A stretch of DNA of 61,584 nucleotides, counting the filler, from Sphacelaria rigidula (taxonomy: Eukaryota): NCBI GenBank assembly GCA_964200075.2. It is 6 parts of 6 records of this genome, joined end to end, with 100 filler letters (N's around TTAATTAATTAA, not from the genome) between each part and the next. Parts side by side here need not be neighbours in the genome. Positions count along the whole stretch, not along the records: positions 20,564 to 30,744 come from CAXNAA020006979.1; positions 30,845 to 41,024 come from CAXNAA020006980.1; 4 more parts are not named here. The stretch is one strand, 5' to 3'. Positions 24,285 to 38,015 of the stretch are shown piece by piece. Positions within the stretch are counted from its first letter, which is position 1; every line of letters begins with the position of its first letter. Both the position numbers and the translations under genes were made by a program. The notes beneath the pieces were generated by a model, which did not search any database, was not told the origin of the DNA, and was given only the letters and a program-made list of their open reading frames with translations.

Positions 24285-27200
24285 TCAGCACGGGGTTTCC
24301 GCTGCCAAGGGTGCCGTCGACGATGATGACGCCCGAGACACCGTGCTCTGCGTACTCTGCTTGCGAGAGTGCCGCTGATGTGGAAACCGTGGCGGGGTTT
24401 GGAGCTGTACTCCGGATCTGAAGTCTTCGGTGTCGATGAAACGGTGCAAAAGGTTCACCTCCAGCATCGACCGAATTTCTAGGAAAGCCGGTTGGAAAAT
24501 CATCCTGTTAGGGTATTAGGTGACGCGAAACGAAATGCAGCAGGTGTAAAATGAAATCCATGCCGACTTTGATAAAAAAAAGCCGGTTCTCTACGGGTCC
24601 GGAATGATTCAAGCCGAGAAATTGGTGAACATGCAGGACCATGTTCATACCGCTGAACAAGCAGGACCATGATTTGGCTAAGGGGCAGCGTACCATTATA
24701 CCTCATACATGAGAAGGACACTATTTCCGAGCAAGCCACACACCTGACTCCCCTACATAGGAGCTAACATGATCTCACCTGCGCTCCTCCTCTTGCAGGG
24801 TGAAGAACTCCACAGCGCCGACCTTGTGAATGCTTATCAAAGTCTCCTTGTCCTTCGCACTTCAAATATTAGGTGTGTGGGAGGGAGGGGGGGGGTGTGC
24901 GCGTCAAGTGGTGCGATAGAGTGCCGTCAGGAAAAATCGTAGGTGACACTTTCTACGATAGCCCCCCCAAAAAAATGCATGGTTTTGGGAGGCGAAATCT
25001 CCACGTAAATCAAGATGGGAAACGCCGAGCACAAGGAGAAGCTGGGAATTCCGACGATTGGGTTCGTTCCAGCCAATGTCGCCAATATGAGGCGCTTCAN
25101 NNNNNNNNCCCGAACATCAAGCGCTTCATGGCCATTTTTTTCGTGACACTTTTAGCTGGTTTTGGGGAGGGGCTATCGTAGAAAGTGTCAGGTCAGGGTC
25201 AACGTGAGGATCTTCAAAGGGTAAGAAATGCGCCCTCGTAAACAGGGAGCGATTCATCACGGGGAAAGAAAACTTCTCTGAGCCAGGGCGACTCTCGCCC
25301 GAAGAAATGTTTTCGACCAGGCTCTCGTACAAGCCGGTACACTTATGTCGGTACCATTTTTCATCCTGAGCATGGGGGCCGCTGGCGTTGTGCTGGGTCC
25401 TCCCCTGAACGCGCCCTCTTGCGGGAACACATGGCACACGAGTTGCGCATAAAAAACGAAAAGGTCCGCCCGAAACGTCAGGCGTCCAGGATCCTGCTCG
25501 CGCTACATATTTTCCTCGCCCTGTTTTTCTAGGGGGTACCCTCCCGAGCTTCTCGCTCTTTCGAAGGAAAGCAATATCTCTCTGATACATTCACCTATTT
25601 CACTCAGACGTGCCACCATTTTCACGCGATAGTAGTTCCACCTGATGTTAATCTCGTCCGAAGAGCCGTCAATGATGAAGCGCCCAACGATAGCGTTGAA
25701 AGCCGCGTATTGGCTATTCACCGGGTGCGCGATTTTGTAGTCTCCGGTTTCGTACCTGAGGAGGACACCAATTATGTGTAGGGTTCGCCGCGCGTGAGAC
25801 ACGGCGAGAGAGCGAGCATTGTCACGGCTTGGGGATCATCTGAGGGCATCGAGCGCGAAAGCTCGCTACTTTATTTCGAAATACTCCTCCGTTCGAGTAC
25901 TGCCATTACTCGTTGGTCGCCTTTTTTTCAAAAACCATTCGAAACCAGCCTCATGTGAAAAGGATATAAGATGCCAGGTACAATGAGTTGAGTACACTAT
26001 TTGACATTAGGGGAGAGATTTACCGTTTTTGGCGGACCGATGTGTGGAATAAATCTGAAATCAATCATGCCACACATAGACAGAGGCCTAAGATTCCGTC
26101 TCATGAAGATTCAACGGCCTCTGGGGAAGAACAATCTTCTCACACAATACCACAATGTGCTTCGTACGCCGAAGGCGTTTCGTGCGCACCGCTACTTCGA
26201 CCATAAAATATCAAGAGTAACTACTGCTCCACGGTGTTATTGCCTGTATCCACACTTGCCAACTCGCGCATCATTCATCGTCATTAAAATGTCAGAATAT
26301 GTTCCTTCATCATCGTTCGAATCTGACTTCACCGAAACACGGGGAAAATTCTCTAACATATATTAGATTTGTGTCCTCACTGAATGCAACACGACTGTAT
26401 AGCTTGGCCGTTTGACACTTCAGAAAATAGGCTACAATCCAGGAACCCCGTTCACATTGCGTACAAAACAACTGATTAACTCACTTCCTGACCTCCTCCA
26501 AAAACATTACGGACTCCTGACAGAGAGCCCTCCACGCGAACGCCCGGAAAGCTTCAGCGACAGCTGGCATTTGCGCCATCTTATCGTAACTCCACTTGGG
26601 ACTCTCAATTCCCGTGGAAGCACTGCTTGGCATGGACGTCGTGACTCCATGCTCCCAAACGCTAGCACCGAGCGTTACCGACGCAAGGTAATGAGGCCAC
26701 GATATCTCCCGTCTGTCAACGAAACTACGTACGGCACGCAATGAAACGGGTTAAGCGTGTCTGTGGGGGCGAAAAAGCAGGTAGTGCACGAACGTGCCGG
26801 CAGTTGTAGTTGCTCAACCGGCATGAATCACTCGGATTTCGATAGAGTATGTGTGTCACGTTACACGTTTAGCCACTATAAACATCTCCTTATTGCGGGA
26901 GGAAAAAGAGAGAGAAAGAGTTGCCGTCTGAGTAATCATTCTATTTAGCTGCATACTCACTCTTCCTGGTCCTCGTTTGCTCTGGATCTTGAGGATACAT
27001 TTGTTCTAGGCGCAGCGCCTTTAGGCAAGGGGTTCAACGCCAGCCGGCGAATGGGATCCACCACACTGCCCGGACGGTAGACCAGTTCGTGAACGGCATG
27101 GGGTAGGGGGCGGGGGAGAGAGAGATTCAACCACGCAATATGCCCACATTGGTGGGGAAATGGGCCTGCAGTTGCGACATGCGACCAAATCGTGAACGAA

Positions 27201-29496
27201 TTCGTTGACTTTCCATGCAACTCAACGTGAGCCGTGACATCACATCGAACGTGCCGTGTTCACCGAGGAGTACTGATTCTGCGTTCATAATACGCCGCGA
27301 CCATTTGCTTCTGTTTTTGCCCCATATCATTGCGGTTGATCTCACTTGCTTTGATTTCATCTGATGTCCCCCCGCTCACACTTATGTACAGGCAGCTCGC
27401 GTCGGGTGAGGCCGTAGAAGTTTCGCTGTGCCAACATGTGAATCGCGCTTCCTCAATCTCACTTTGATGGGCATGACGCAGACTGACGTTTATTTATTCG
27501 GGGCTGTACACAGTATCTGTCCCTGCATGCCTGGGCACTAACCTTAGCCCGAAAAGTATCATCGTGGACAAAATCCCGAAGTTCGAGCTGTTGATGAACA
27601 TCTGAACTCTTTCGGACGGTTCGTATCTCTCCGCGATTTTAGTAGCAACTGAGGCAGGGAAGAAACGGCCGACGGACAGCAGCATAGGGCAAACAGCACT
27701 CCCATTACATGGGTTTCGCAAAAACGTGGAATAGCCTCCAGGTACACCTCGCACATTTCACGGTCAGGTTCTCCATAATTATTCAGTTTTTAAAGCTTGA
27801 CTCGACAAGGAGATCGCCCACCTTTCATCAGGGAGTTCTTGGCTTCCTCTTCTGTGGTAAGAAAGTAATCAATATTGCTCTCACCTGCGTCGACCAAGGC
27901 CACCATAATGATCACCACGAGCTCCCAGCTGATCCGAAATATGTCATTCACCATCCTGCACGGGTACGAGGGAAGAGAGCGAAGCTGCATGTTTCGCAAG
28001 CCACGGCACAGCTCATTTAGTCAATTACTGTTTGCGGAAGGAGTTTCGAGACCTTGACATACACTTGAATAAATGTTCCCCTCCCATGTGAAGATGTCCA
28101 TACCATCCTTTCCTTTTATAAGCTCCGTACGTTTTTCATGGAGAGGTTAGAGGTCACCTGTTTATCCCGCCGGCGTCGCCGTGCTACTCATCATACGCTT
28201 CACACTTCATGTTGCTAGTGATGCGTACGGACGGTGCGTCCGTCTACGACAACATAATCCTAGACACCGCCTGGAAGAACAGGTAGTGATGACTGTGAAA
28301 TGATGACTATGAAATGATTACTGTGACATGATCGTTTTGCGTTGGGGGTATCTTGAGAGCAAGTAGAGCATAGGCCATACTGTCATGACTGATCTTCAGA
28401 GGGATATAACGTACCACACGACAGGGAGCACGCTCAGCTGAATGGTAACCAGTGCAACCTGACATCTCCATACCACGTCGTGCTCCTTGATAGCGAAACT
28501 CCTGGCGATGTTAGGCGACGAGCATACCAAAGAAGAGGAAAAGCGGGTTTTAGGAGTACTTGATGCGTCCGCTGACGGCAACCCCGCGTCTTGTCACGAG
28601 ATGAAAAGGTTGCGCACAAAGGCAGAATTTGAAGCCGTTACAAGACGGGGATGAGGTCATCTGGATCATGTGTCATTGGCCGGGAGGGGCAGCACCTGCT
28701 GCAGATACGAGAAACAGTCACGCTGGGCGTCGGCAGACCAACGTTACGAGTGCATGCATGTGAATAAACCTGGGACTACACGATTGCCCACGGGGTCACC
28801 ACTCCGGTGAAAACGTATCCAAAACTGTGCAGTTAAACATGCCTGTTTATTCATTTCTCTGGCCCATACAGAACAAGTGAAATACATTACCAAAGTTTGG
28901 CGACCTGATCTATTCATGACTCTACAACTGTGATCGGTCTACTACACAATCGACCACGCCCACGGTGCTTTGCGAAGTCGAGCTGTTTTTCACGACACGG
29001 TACCGTGACACTGGTTCTAGGTTCTGCATGAGATGGTACCAAAGTGAAGGGCACTTACTCGGTTCGATTCTACATTTTGAAGGGGTGGTGGTAGTAGAGC
29101 CAACACCAATGCAAGAGCAGAGGCAGATACTGCATGCAAGACATCCCCGTGAGGAAACCATGATATCGTCCCCTACAGTTACATGGGAGGCCTGTGACTT
29201 ACAGCTGATGATTTTCCCCGGCAGTGTCCACGTAGTAGTAAATCGGGATGGACAAGGACAACAGGCCGACCACCAAGCTAAAGCCGACGAGGAGCTTTTG
29301 CTGCGTTGGCGCAGTAGTCAGGAAAGTAAAGATGAACAGTACGAACGACAGGCAGAGCAATGGCCACGGCGTTGTTTCGAGCGGTGTTGAGGTGACTGCG
29401 CAGAGTGCCACTTCGACCTCTTCCAACAAACTCGATCAATTTCGAAGGATGATAAAGCCTGGCTCATGCAGGCTCAATTATTACTGTTATTACTAT

Positions 29497-29550
<54 letters not shown>

Positions 29551-30492
29551 TATCATCATCATTATTTCCGCACATTAGTCCGATCTCGCGAACCCGTGGT
29601 CACATATACAACTTGCGAAATCATGTAAGGCACCGTATGCCCATACTAGGAGTGTTAGCGGTAGCCCCGCGGAACTCACCGACATAACCCACGGGATGGC
29701 CCGCTTCAGCTTGACAGAGTAGGCTACACCGAGACGTATTACTCGGCACAAGTAGCAGCACTCCACGGTGAAGGTGACGAAGAAGTACAGCTGTAACCGT
29801 CATCAACCCACGAACAACGCAAGAGACAGAGGGCACTCGTCTGTAACGTCCAAGTCGTGGAGAGTCCACTCGGCCAATAATATGTGCGCGACGCCACCCA
29901 CGCTCGGAAACGCCCGATGTTCACTTTATTGTAGACCTTGACGCGTGCATGGGATGTTTCTACGGGTGGTCAACCAGATCCACTACACTGTAGATTGACG
30001 ACCAGAGAGATTCACATGCTTTGCACCCATCCCTGATCCGAGGCAAATGGATTTCTTCACGCCGTGCCTGTTACATCACAGCATGGAAACAACCCCCCAC
30101 TGCGCAAGAAATACCCGTGAACGATGTCCGATAACAGATGGTCAGGCGGCTGTGTAGCAACCAGCTTGCCACCGTGCCTTCCTGCACATCGTTTCATGAA
30201 AGAGCCTCCCTTCGCTAAAAATTGTTGACAAATCTACTGGCACAGCCCGTCTATCAGATTTCCTACTTTCGCCTTCACGTCCCGGCTGTGAACTTTATTC
30301 CATTGACTGTCGTGTTTGTGGTGGACAAAAATTGCATCGAACCCAGGTCGAGACTCGCCCACGCGGCAGCTCACCAAATGCGTCCCGAGTAGGTTGATCG
30401 GGTGGTCGAAAAGCCGGATACTCTCCACGTGTATGTGGATCGCCATCTCCATGAGCAGGCACACGCCTGCAAGGAGCACCAGGTACGCTGAC
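24285..30492 (-). CDS. Multi-pass transmembrane RGS protein (7TM-RGS-like); 11 exons visible, 5' end beyond contig end
   Basis: GT-AG exons 30375-30492, 29680-29790, 29203-29300, 28415-28501, 27885-27955, 27543-27648, 26961-27065, 26485-26661, 25642-25755, 24779-24859 and 24285-24504 all join in phase (1288 nt, ~428 aa, no internal stop). Six hydrophobic segments precede RGS motifs AFRAFAWRALCQESVMFLEEV, IVGRFIIDGSSDEINIS and IFQPAFLEIRSMLEVNLLHRFIDTEDF. Confidence 0.9.
24945..25189. mobile_element. GAC..GTC MITE (~245 bp), intronic
   Basis: Perfect TIR gacactttctacgatagcccc / ggggctatcgtagaaagtgtc; 4-bp TSD aggt/aggt. Confidence 0.9.
29478..29606 (-). repeat. (CAT)n microsatellite forming a retroposon tail with its 3' terminus
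   Basis: About 20 CAT units abut cacattagtccgatctcgcgaacccgtggtcaca, which also occurs beside (ATT)n at 42340-42373. Confidence 0.75.
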
Positions 30493-30744
30493 CTGAATAT
30501 AGTGTAATATCGAACAGAAGTTTACGAGTACCAGAGCACGAAGAAGGAAGTCAAGTACTACGTCGTTTGCAGATGATGTTTGTGATGAAAGTTTGAGGAG
30601 ATCGGGGTTCCACTCTGCGAATATCTAATCTGTGTCGCAATTTCGACCCTAGGATTCCTGGCCCCAAGGAGGGGGGGGGGGGGGGGGGGGGGCTCGCGCC
30701 CCGCACGTTGAAGTAACGTAACCTCCCCCGGCCAACAAAACCCC

Positions 30745-30844
30745 NNNNNNNNNNNNNNNNNNNNNNNNNNNNNNNNNNNNNNNNNNNNTTAATTAATTAA
30801 NNNNNNNNNNNNNNNNNNNNNNNNNNNNNNNNNNNNNNNNNNNN
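30745..30844. other. Artificial contig linker
   Basis: N44-TTAATTAATTAA-N44. Confidence 0.97.
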
Positions 30845-33229
30845 ATATGCAGTACAATAACGTCATCGGCAATACGACGCCAACCGAACAGCGACGCAGT
30901 CCTTTGTCACCAGGTGGGTCAGCAGTTCACAGTGATATGCTCACATCGGGTTTATTCGGGAAACTGGGGAAGCTGTTGTGTGAGCAACTTTTAGCAGCTT
31001 TTAAGCTGGCCCAGCTCGTAGGTACGCGCTGGGGTCATGATGTACCTTCAGGGCCTGTTGAACACACGTGTCGAAGCCCGTGAGTACACGAGTGGCCACC
31101 AAAGCGTATGTATCCTACTCACTGATTCGAGACTATCCTTGTCCCCCTCCCCGATGATGAGATGAGGATATCTCCTACACAACGACACCCTTACCCGGGG
31201 GGGGGTGTTATTTGACGTGTTGGCCGTTTGCGGACGGACTACGTGATGCTTCTGAACGCATGGCAGGTATCGTCAAAACATCAACACCATTACTGTGTAC
31301 GTCGTATCCCTAGGAAAGTCAGGAGCCACCGTTCGTATGCGACATGACAAAACGGTGGATACCACCCCTGGAGACGGCTACTATCTACTCCTGGGAAAAA
31401 ACCATGGGCCTAACCTCCACGCGAGAAATCTTCAATGCATTGAAAATTATTAATGTATGGTCGTGCGTGCCATACAGTAATTTTTCAATGCTTGATGAGA
31501 TCTTGAACGTACTGAAACATCCGAACAGAAACGGGGCAAAATTAGCCCGCACGTTGTTCTAGATGCAAATGAATTGGTCAGGACCCGGCGGTTGATGTGC
31601 TGAACCTTCGCATGGCGTTCGTCAAGCTTGACATCGCTCGATTCGGCCGCAAATTACTTCTCTTCGTACCCCTTCTAATTCGATAGCGTAGATCACCCTT
31701 CCGGGTTGCCTATATCGATAACATGCCTTTAATAGCCCGAATTGGCAGCGCGGAAATTCCAACAGTCGTTTTCTAATGAAAGAATGGTCACTGTCGAAAA
31801 AGGCACCTCCTACTCGGCGTCTCCACCCAACTTCCAGTCAGAATGTTTTTTTTCTGGATTCGATCCGAATTGAAGAAAGACTTCGACCTGGAATAGCGTG
31901 GAAGTGCCGACAGGCGAAACACTTCAAAATGCAAAAATGTACTGACTGCAGAATGAAAGTAAGGGAGTTACAGCTCGGACGACTGTACATGCGCACATCA
32001 ACCTAGCTCTTATCGCAACCTAGCCCTTATCGCAGCAGGCTCGCTGTTTGAACAAAGACCCGTCTGGGCGAGCGAACCAATTGGTTGTAGACTCGTCCAC
32101 GTATCATATGCAACCCACCCCCATAGCTGCAAGATTGTTACCGCAGCAGTCCCTGGTCTGTTCAACACTTCTGGAACTCTCGAAAGACAGCACAAACTTC
32201 CACATGTGAGCTTTCGTCACAGGTAAACGTCACTTCGACTTCGGTGCACGAATCTATCACTTAAGTATACTTCATCTTAAGAGTGGTGCACCGTTCTGGT
32301 GGGCCGCACCATCAACAGCTGCATACAAACAATCACATCTTGCTCAAGAAAACGTCAATTGTATATCTTCATTTTTCCATCAACGGTTCCAACAGGGTTA
32401 ATAACAACAGTACAACCGTGCTTTTACTGTGGACAAGGAGCAGTATATCGCGGCATCGGTATAACAATCGAATTTGAGTGAGGAGTGTGACACATTTTCC
32501 GGCAAAAACTCTTGAAAATCTTCTCGATCATGCCTCCAAAAAACGATATTGTAAGAAATTTGCTGATGCCTTCCGAGTCACTGATTCTCTTGGCACTCCA
32601 GCAATTCGCTGGTCTAGCAGAGTTGAAGTACAGGGGGTGTTAAACACCGTCGTAGCAGAACTTGACAGTCTTGTGGACACTGCTCGAACAAGAAGTAACA
32701 TGAAAACCTACCGGTTCTCCGCCGGCTTTGCTCTTATCTGGTTGCGCAGCCTTTTCGGCTGATAAAGGCTTCCCCAGGCATCCCAGCTCAACACATACCT
32801 CCTCTTCTTCTTTACCCGCGAACATCGTACTGCCCACACTCAGAGAAAACAGGTAGACCACAGAACGGCTGTGCACCTCTCTGTACCATGTACCCTACGC
32901 AGCAGCAGCGCAAACAGTCTACCTTACGCTTGAGTCATTTTCCATTTGTGCAGGGCTTCCTCTGCTCCACAGTCCAGCGAGGATCCGGTCTTCCAGTTGT
33001 GAAATGTCAGTGCTTGTGTCTGCAAGTCCGTCTGCAAACTGCCTGTCTAACAAGTTGTGACTCAGCACCTTTGCTTTAGAGGGCTCATCTGTGAGCTGGA
33101 TGTGTGCTTGTTACATACAACAGTACTATCTAACCGTAGGCTGAATTTTTCGAATTTTGAAAGGTGGTTGTGGTTGTCTCTGCTGCCCTGTAGTCGAGCC
33201 TGCAACCGCAAGGAAGACTAGAGCGAGCC

Positions 33230-35339
33230 ATGAGCCAAAAGAACCTCGCCAAGCCCCTAGGTGCTGGTGACACCAAGAAAGTCCGCAGAATGCGCAAGAA
33301 GCTGGAGGGAAAAGCAAGCGGGGGATCTATCATCACTCCAGACCTCCTACGACAGTGCACAGCAGCTGGTGTAACAGTCAAGCCGTTGCTATCGACCCGC
33401 ATGGACCGGCACGGTCCCAACCTGGCAGCAAAGGAGGCGAGACAACTCGTCCTGCACTGCGCTACCAACTCCTCCCCTCCAAAATTTGCAGAAATCCGGA
33501 ATCTACCGGCGGTTAGGGCGATCCTCGTGGTCGCCGTAGTTGGCGTGTCCGCCACAACTACGCCATGGACAGCCGCCGCCGGAGGCGACGACAGTACAAG
33601 TCCTCAGAATCGGGGCGGAACGTCTACACCGAACGGCGACGGGGACTCTCAGGGAGGCATGCTTGACTCCTTCAGCTCGGGCTTCAAATCCAGATTTCGG
33701 CTGTGTACAGCGCTGCGGATAAGTAGCGGGGGAAAGGGTGGTATTTCCAGCGGTGATGGGTGGCTCAAGTCCTTGGCTGATGCATTGCTGTATGCGCCGC
33801 TGGGGGAAGATGCCGATGCTTGCGCTTCTGGAGCTTTGACGGACAGGAAGCGGAAGAACACTGCGGGTGGGCGGGGGAAGGGCGGGAAAAAAAAGAAGAG
33901 GACGAAGGGCGATGCCAAGCGTCGGCAGCGAATCGCGGGCGGGAAGGCTGCGAAGGGACAGCAGCAGAGTGGTGGCGAAAAGGATGGGAACTGTGGGAAT
34001 GGGGTGACTGGGGGTAGTGCCTGTGATGGCGAGGATCCAGAGCAGACGGCGGCGAAACGGGGGACTGAGGAGAGTGAGCACAGCGGGTGTGGCACGTTCG
34101 AAAGAACAGAGTCTGTTCAAAGCACACGTGAGGCCGCGAGCGGTATCTCCAGTGCTGGAACTAAGAGCAGAGGACCGGTTCAACTAAAGGATCCCACGGA
34201 CGAAGGATATAACGCCCAGATCACCAAAACGTCTGAAAACGGACAATTTGATCAGCCGCACAACCGAGGAGAAGCGGCAGACTTGAGCGGCGAAGATGAG
34301 TTGGGCGAGGGCGGCGAGGGTGGCGAGAGCGACGACAGCGACGACAGCGACGACCAAGACGCAAATATTCTACCGCCTGTAGAGGCATACCTCATGACAC
34401 CCACAGACCTCAAGGAGAACGGATTTCCGTTGCCCCCAGAGCCATTCACCACCGACTTTCCAGATTACATAGACAGCACACGGGCGGACGGCGAGGACCA
34501 CAGCTCAACCCCGCTGAAAATCGTGCGAAAATCACCGGGAAAAGATGACGTCGTCGTCTCGATCGAGATCCCCACGTTACAGGAGGCTGAGGCGCTCGTC
34601 AAGGCGCTACCAAAATTGCCTGATTTGCCGGGACACGTTCAGACACAGCCGCTGCTGTCGGGGAGTCCTGGTGCCGAGGGCGGTGAGACGAGGCAAGGCA
34701 GCCTTTTCGGGCTGGACTGCGAAATGTGCATTACGGCGGACGGACAGGAATTGACGAGGGTCACCCTGGTGAATGCGGAGCATGTGGTGTTGTTAGATTG
34801 GCTGGTCAAGCCGGATAACCCGATAACCGACTACGTATCAAGGTGCGTTTGCGATAAAATGGAGGACGTCGATGCGGGGTTGACCTCCTGAAATATTGCC
34901 ATTCGTACCAAATGTTTGCCCTTCGGTGGTGTCATATATGCAGTCGTGTCTCTCGTCGAAAGTAACGAGAAGCTAAGTCATCATGGATTGCATTGTTGCT
35001 GAACGCAGCCGGCCGGAGTGTTGCACGACTGCGCGACATGACACGACACGGCTTTTGAGAGGGCTGCATGTGGCTTGCGCAACGCATCTCCCGTTGTTGA
35101 GTGGTCATATCACGTCTTGGAAATTTCCCATGTCTTTTCTAAGATGTGAAGGTGCGCTCGGTAGTATCATATCGTGCAACTTGCCAATGGTGTTCGGTTT
35201 TTTCTCTCGCAAAACTCCTGAATACCCCCCCGCTTGTAGGTTCGCTGCTGGCTGGAGTGTAATAGCTCGGGTAGCTTGTCAAATGCAATCCTTTCAGGTT
35301 TTGATGAATAAAGCCCTAGGGTGCTATGCAGGTGTTGAA

Positions 35340-35384
<45 letters not shown>

Positions 35385-35750
35385 ACCCCCCCCACCCCAC
35401 CAACCAAAGNNNNNNNNNNTTTAAGTTACATCCCTTGCAATCTTTCCTGAAAAAATACCCAGGGTGCAATCACCGGTTTTAGTTGCCCCCCCCCCCCCCC
35501 CCCATCCCCGCACACACCACAGGTATAGTGGGATTACGGCATCGATGCTGGAGAACGTAGACACCCGACTATGCCAAGTGCAGGCTGCTCTGTTGCGCAT
35601 TGTGGGGGCCGGCGACGTGTTAGTGGGACACTCACTGGAGAATGACCTAAAGGCGCTTAAGATGGTGCACCTCAGATGTCTGGACACCTCCTTGCTGTAC
35701 CCACACGCGAAGAAAGGCCGTCGGTCGTCCCTCAAGCATCTGGTTTCCAT
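33230..35750 (+). CDS. REX1/REXO5-like DEDDh RNA exonuclease; exons 33230-34842 and 35523-35750; 3' exons not found in contig
   Basis: LFGLDCEMC (Exo I), [41 protein letters not shown] (Exo II), [10 protein letters not shown]; in-phase GT-AG junction; upstream [14 protein letters not shown] motif typical of this family. Confidence 0.92.
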
Positions 35751-35865
35751 GTGAGCATGCGATTTCTCCCGTTTACTTCGTTTCCATTTTGTGGTACAAC
35801 CGTTTGAGGAAACAAGACAAACCATTTCATTGGACGACATTTTAATGGTGTGCTTTGATGTGAAT

Positions 35866-38012
35866 GTCATTTGGCACCGAGTTCATCGATCTTTTCGTTG
35901 TTTTCCATGATTCTTGTCGGGATTTTCGCTGGATACGTGCGTTACTCGAACCCTATCTGCCACGGAGAGGCCAATAAGATTGCGCAGTTCGGTTATTTGT
36001 TGTCTGCGCCTGTTCTGGACTTAAACTCCCTCCGTTGGCTGACTACAGCCCAGGACAGCAGAAAGAGGAGAGCTGCAAAAAAAAGTGCAGTCCGATTCGA
36101 TAATATTTTTATACACACCAAGATGGCACCAAGTCAAAGCAAGCGAAGCGTACACCTTCGAGAGGAAGAAAGGAAGCGACTTTTTAGCACACGGGATCGT
36201 ATACACAAGAGAGATACATTATTGCGTTGGCTGTCTGATGTCCCGTGTGTAGAGTGCTTGGTTGTCTCCAGCCTTGTACCGCAACAACTTTCTGTCGCGA
36301 TACCGACTGTATCTGTATCGCAAGAAGATCCGCCAGCGCAGGTCAACCAGTTGGCACCGTGCTTGATTGTCAAACATGTCTGTACGGCATCGATCAACGC
36401 GAGTCATCTAGAACAACAGCGCGACAGCCTACAAAAGGGGGCCAGCAGCATTGATGCGTGTGGAGGCTTTTTTTCGGTTTATGTTCCGTCCAAGCAACAT
36501 GAAACACCACACAACGACGACGATGGAGCCATTTTGAATCGTGCGCCGTATCCAAGGCCGCGCAGATGCAGCAGCAACCCAAGCACAAATGGAGACTGCA
36601 ACACCAACCCCGGTCCCCACAACCTTGCCGCGGGCATGGCGACACTCGTAGCGAACGTTTGGTACACTACCCAGTGTACCAATAGACAGAGCACCGCTTG
36701 TGAGACTACCGTCGTCTTGGATATCATCCTGCCTCCAGACGGTGCTGCACTGCCGCTGCGGGCACCAGAAGACGGGCAAAACCGTGTGTGACGGAACCTA
36801 CACTAAAATCAAGTTTGTACTATGAAATGTACTATGAAACGCGGAGGGACTGGAAATAATTTAAATTGAATTACTTGAAATTAGTGTTTGTACTATGAAA
36901 ATAAACCCGTACCTATGGATCCACCGCCTGTCATGGCACCGAGTTCATGGCTACGGGCCGTTATATAATAATTAAACTAAAATCATCGATTTTTTAGTTG
37001 TTTTCCACGATTCTCGAACGGATTTAATCCTGGATTTCTGTGTTGATGGACACACGTGCGCTACTCAAGCCCCATGTGCCGCAGAGAGGTCAACAAGATT
37101 GAATTGTTTGGGTTTTTTTCCTGTCCAGGCCCGATCTGGGCTTCATTTCCCTCCGCTAGCTGGCTACAGCCCAGAACAGTTCAGTACATCGATAATATTT
37201 TCACAGGCACCATGTCATCATGAAACGAGCTTATACGGTATACCTTCGAAGGAGGGCGGTGCTCTAGCGCACCGGATCGCACACGCAAGAGGAATGCATG
37301 TTTGCGTGAGCTCTCTGATGTCCCGTGTGTAGAGTATTTGATCGTCTTCGCCACTGCATCTTCAAACAATTTCTGTCGCGGTACCAACTGTATCTTCACC
37401 GCAAGATGCGCCAACCCTGGCCAGGCGATGGGCATCGCGTGAGTACTGTCTGTATGTCACCGTTCAACACGAGCCATCCCGAACAAAAGCACGACGGCCA
37501 ACAATAGAGAGCTACAGTAGCAGCATTAATGCCGATATAGCCCTTTTCTGGGGTTATGCCACAGGGGGCATGAAACAACCCACAGCGACAGCGATGGCAC
37601 CGCCTTATCTCATGCCCCGTATCCAAAGCCGTGCAGGATACAGGAGGCAAAAGCTAGCTAAGCGCAAAAATGGAGGCCGCAACGCCGACCCCCGCCACCG
37701 CAACGATACCGCAGGCACGACGACGCTCATAGCGAACGTTGGGTACACCAACCCGTACACAAAAGACAAATCACTCCTTGTGGGGGCGTTGGTGTCCTGG
37801 ATACCATCTTTCCTCAGCCACAGTACAGGACTGTACTGTGGCTGCGGTGGCTGCAGTGGCTGCGGGGACCAGAAGGCCCGGTGAACACAAGTGTGACGGA
37901 GTCTATACTAGAATCAATTTTGCTTTATATAATGCGTTATATAATGTAGAGGGACTGGTGATAATATAAATTAAATTACTTGAAATTAGTGTATGCGTTA
38001 TATAATTTGGCG
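35866..38012. repeat. Two diverged tandem copies of a ~1.05-kb unit (35866-36900; 36930-38012), intronic
   Basis: Shared start tggcaccgagttcat, middle tctgatgtcccgtgtgtagagt, and end gtgtgacgga...gagggactgg...aattacttgaaattagtgt. Confidence 0.8.
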
Positions 38013-38015
38013 TTA

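Noticed and set aside
29248..29628. Poly-His ORF
   Set aside because: Translation of a (CAT)n retroposon tail, antisense to the RGS gene intron and exon.
32020..32195. AAIRAR|gt segment as the missing first exon of the TM-RGS gene
   Set aside because: The phase fits, but it lies across an artificial linker on another contig and has no convincing TM helix.
33503..34183. Overlapping minus-strand ORFs
   Set aside because: Antisense shadows of the GC-rich exonuclease exon.
24285..35750. Divergent RGS and exonuclease gene pair as a functional cluster
   Set aside because: The genes are on different contigs joined by a linker.
35871..36791. 306-aa ORF
   Set aside because: It lies within an intronic repeat, the frame is broken in the adjacent copy, and no domain is recognisable.
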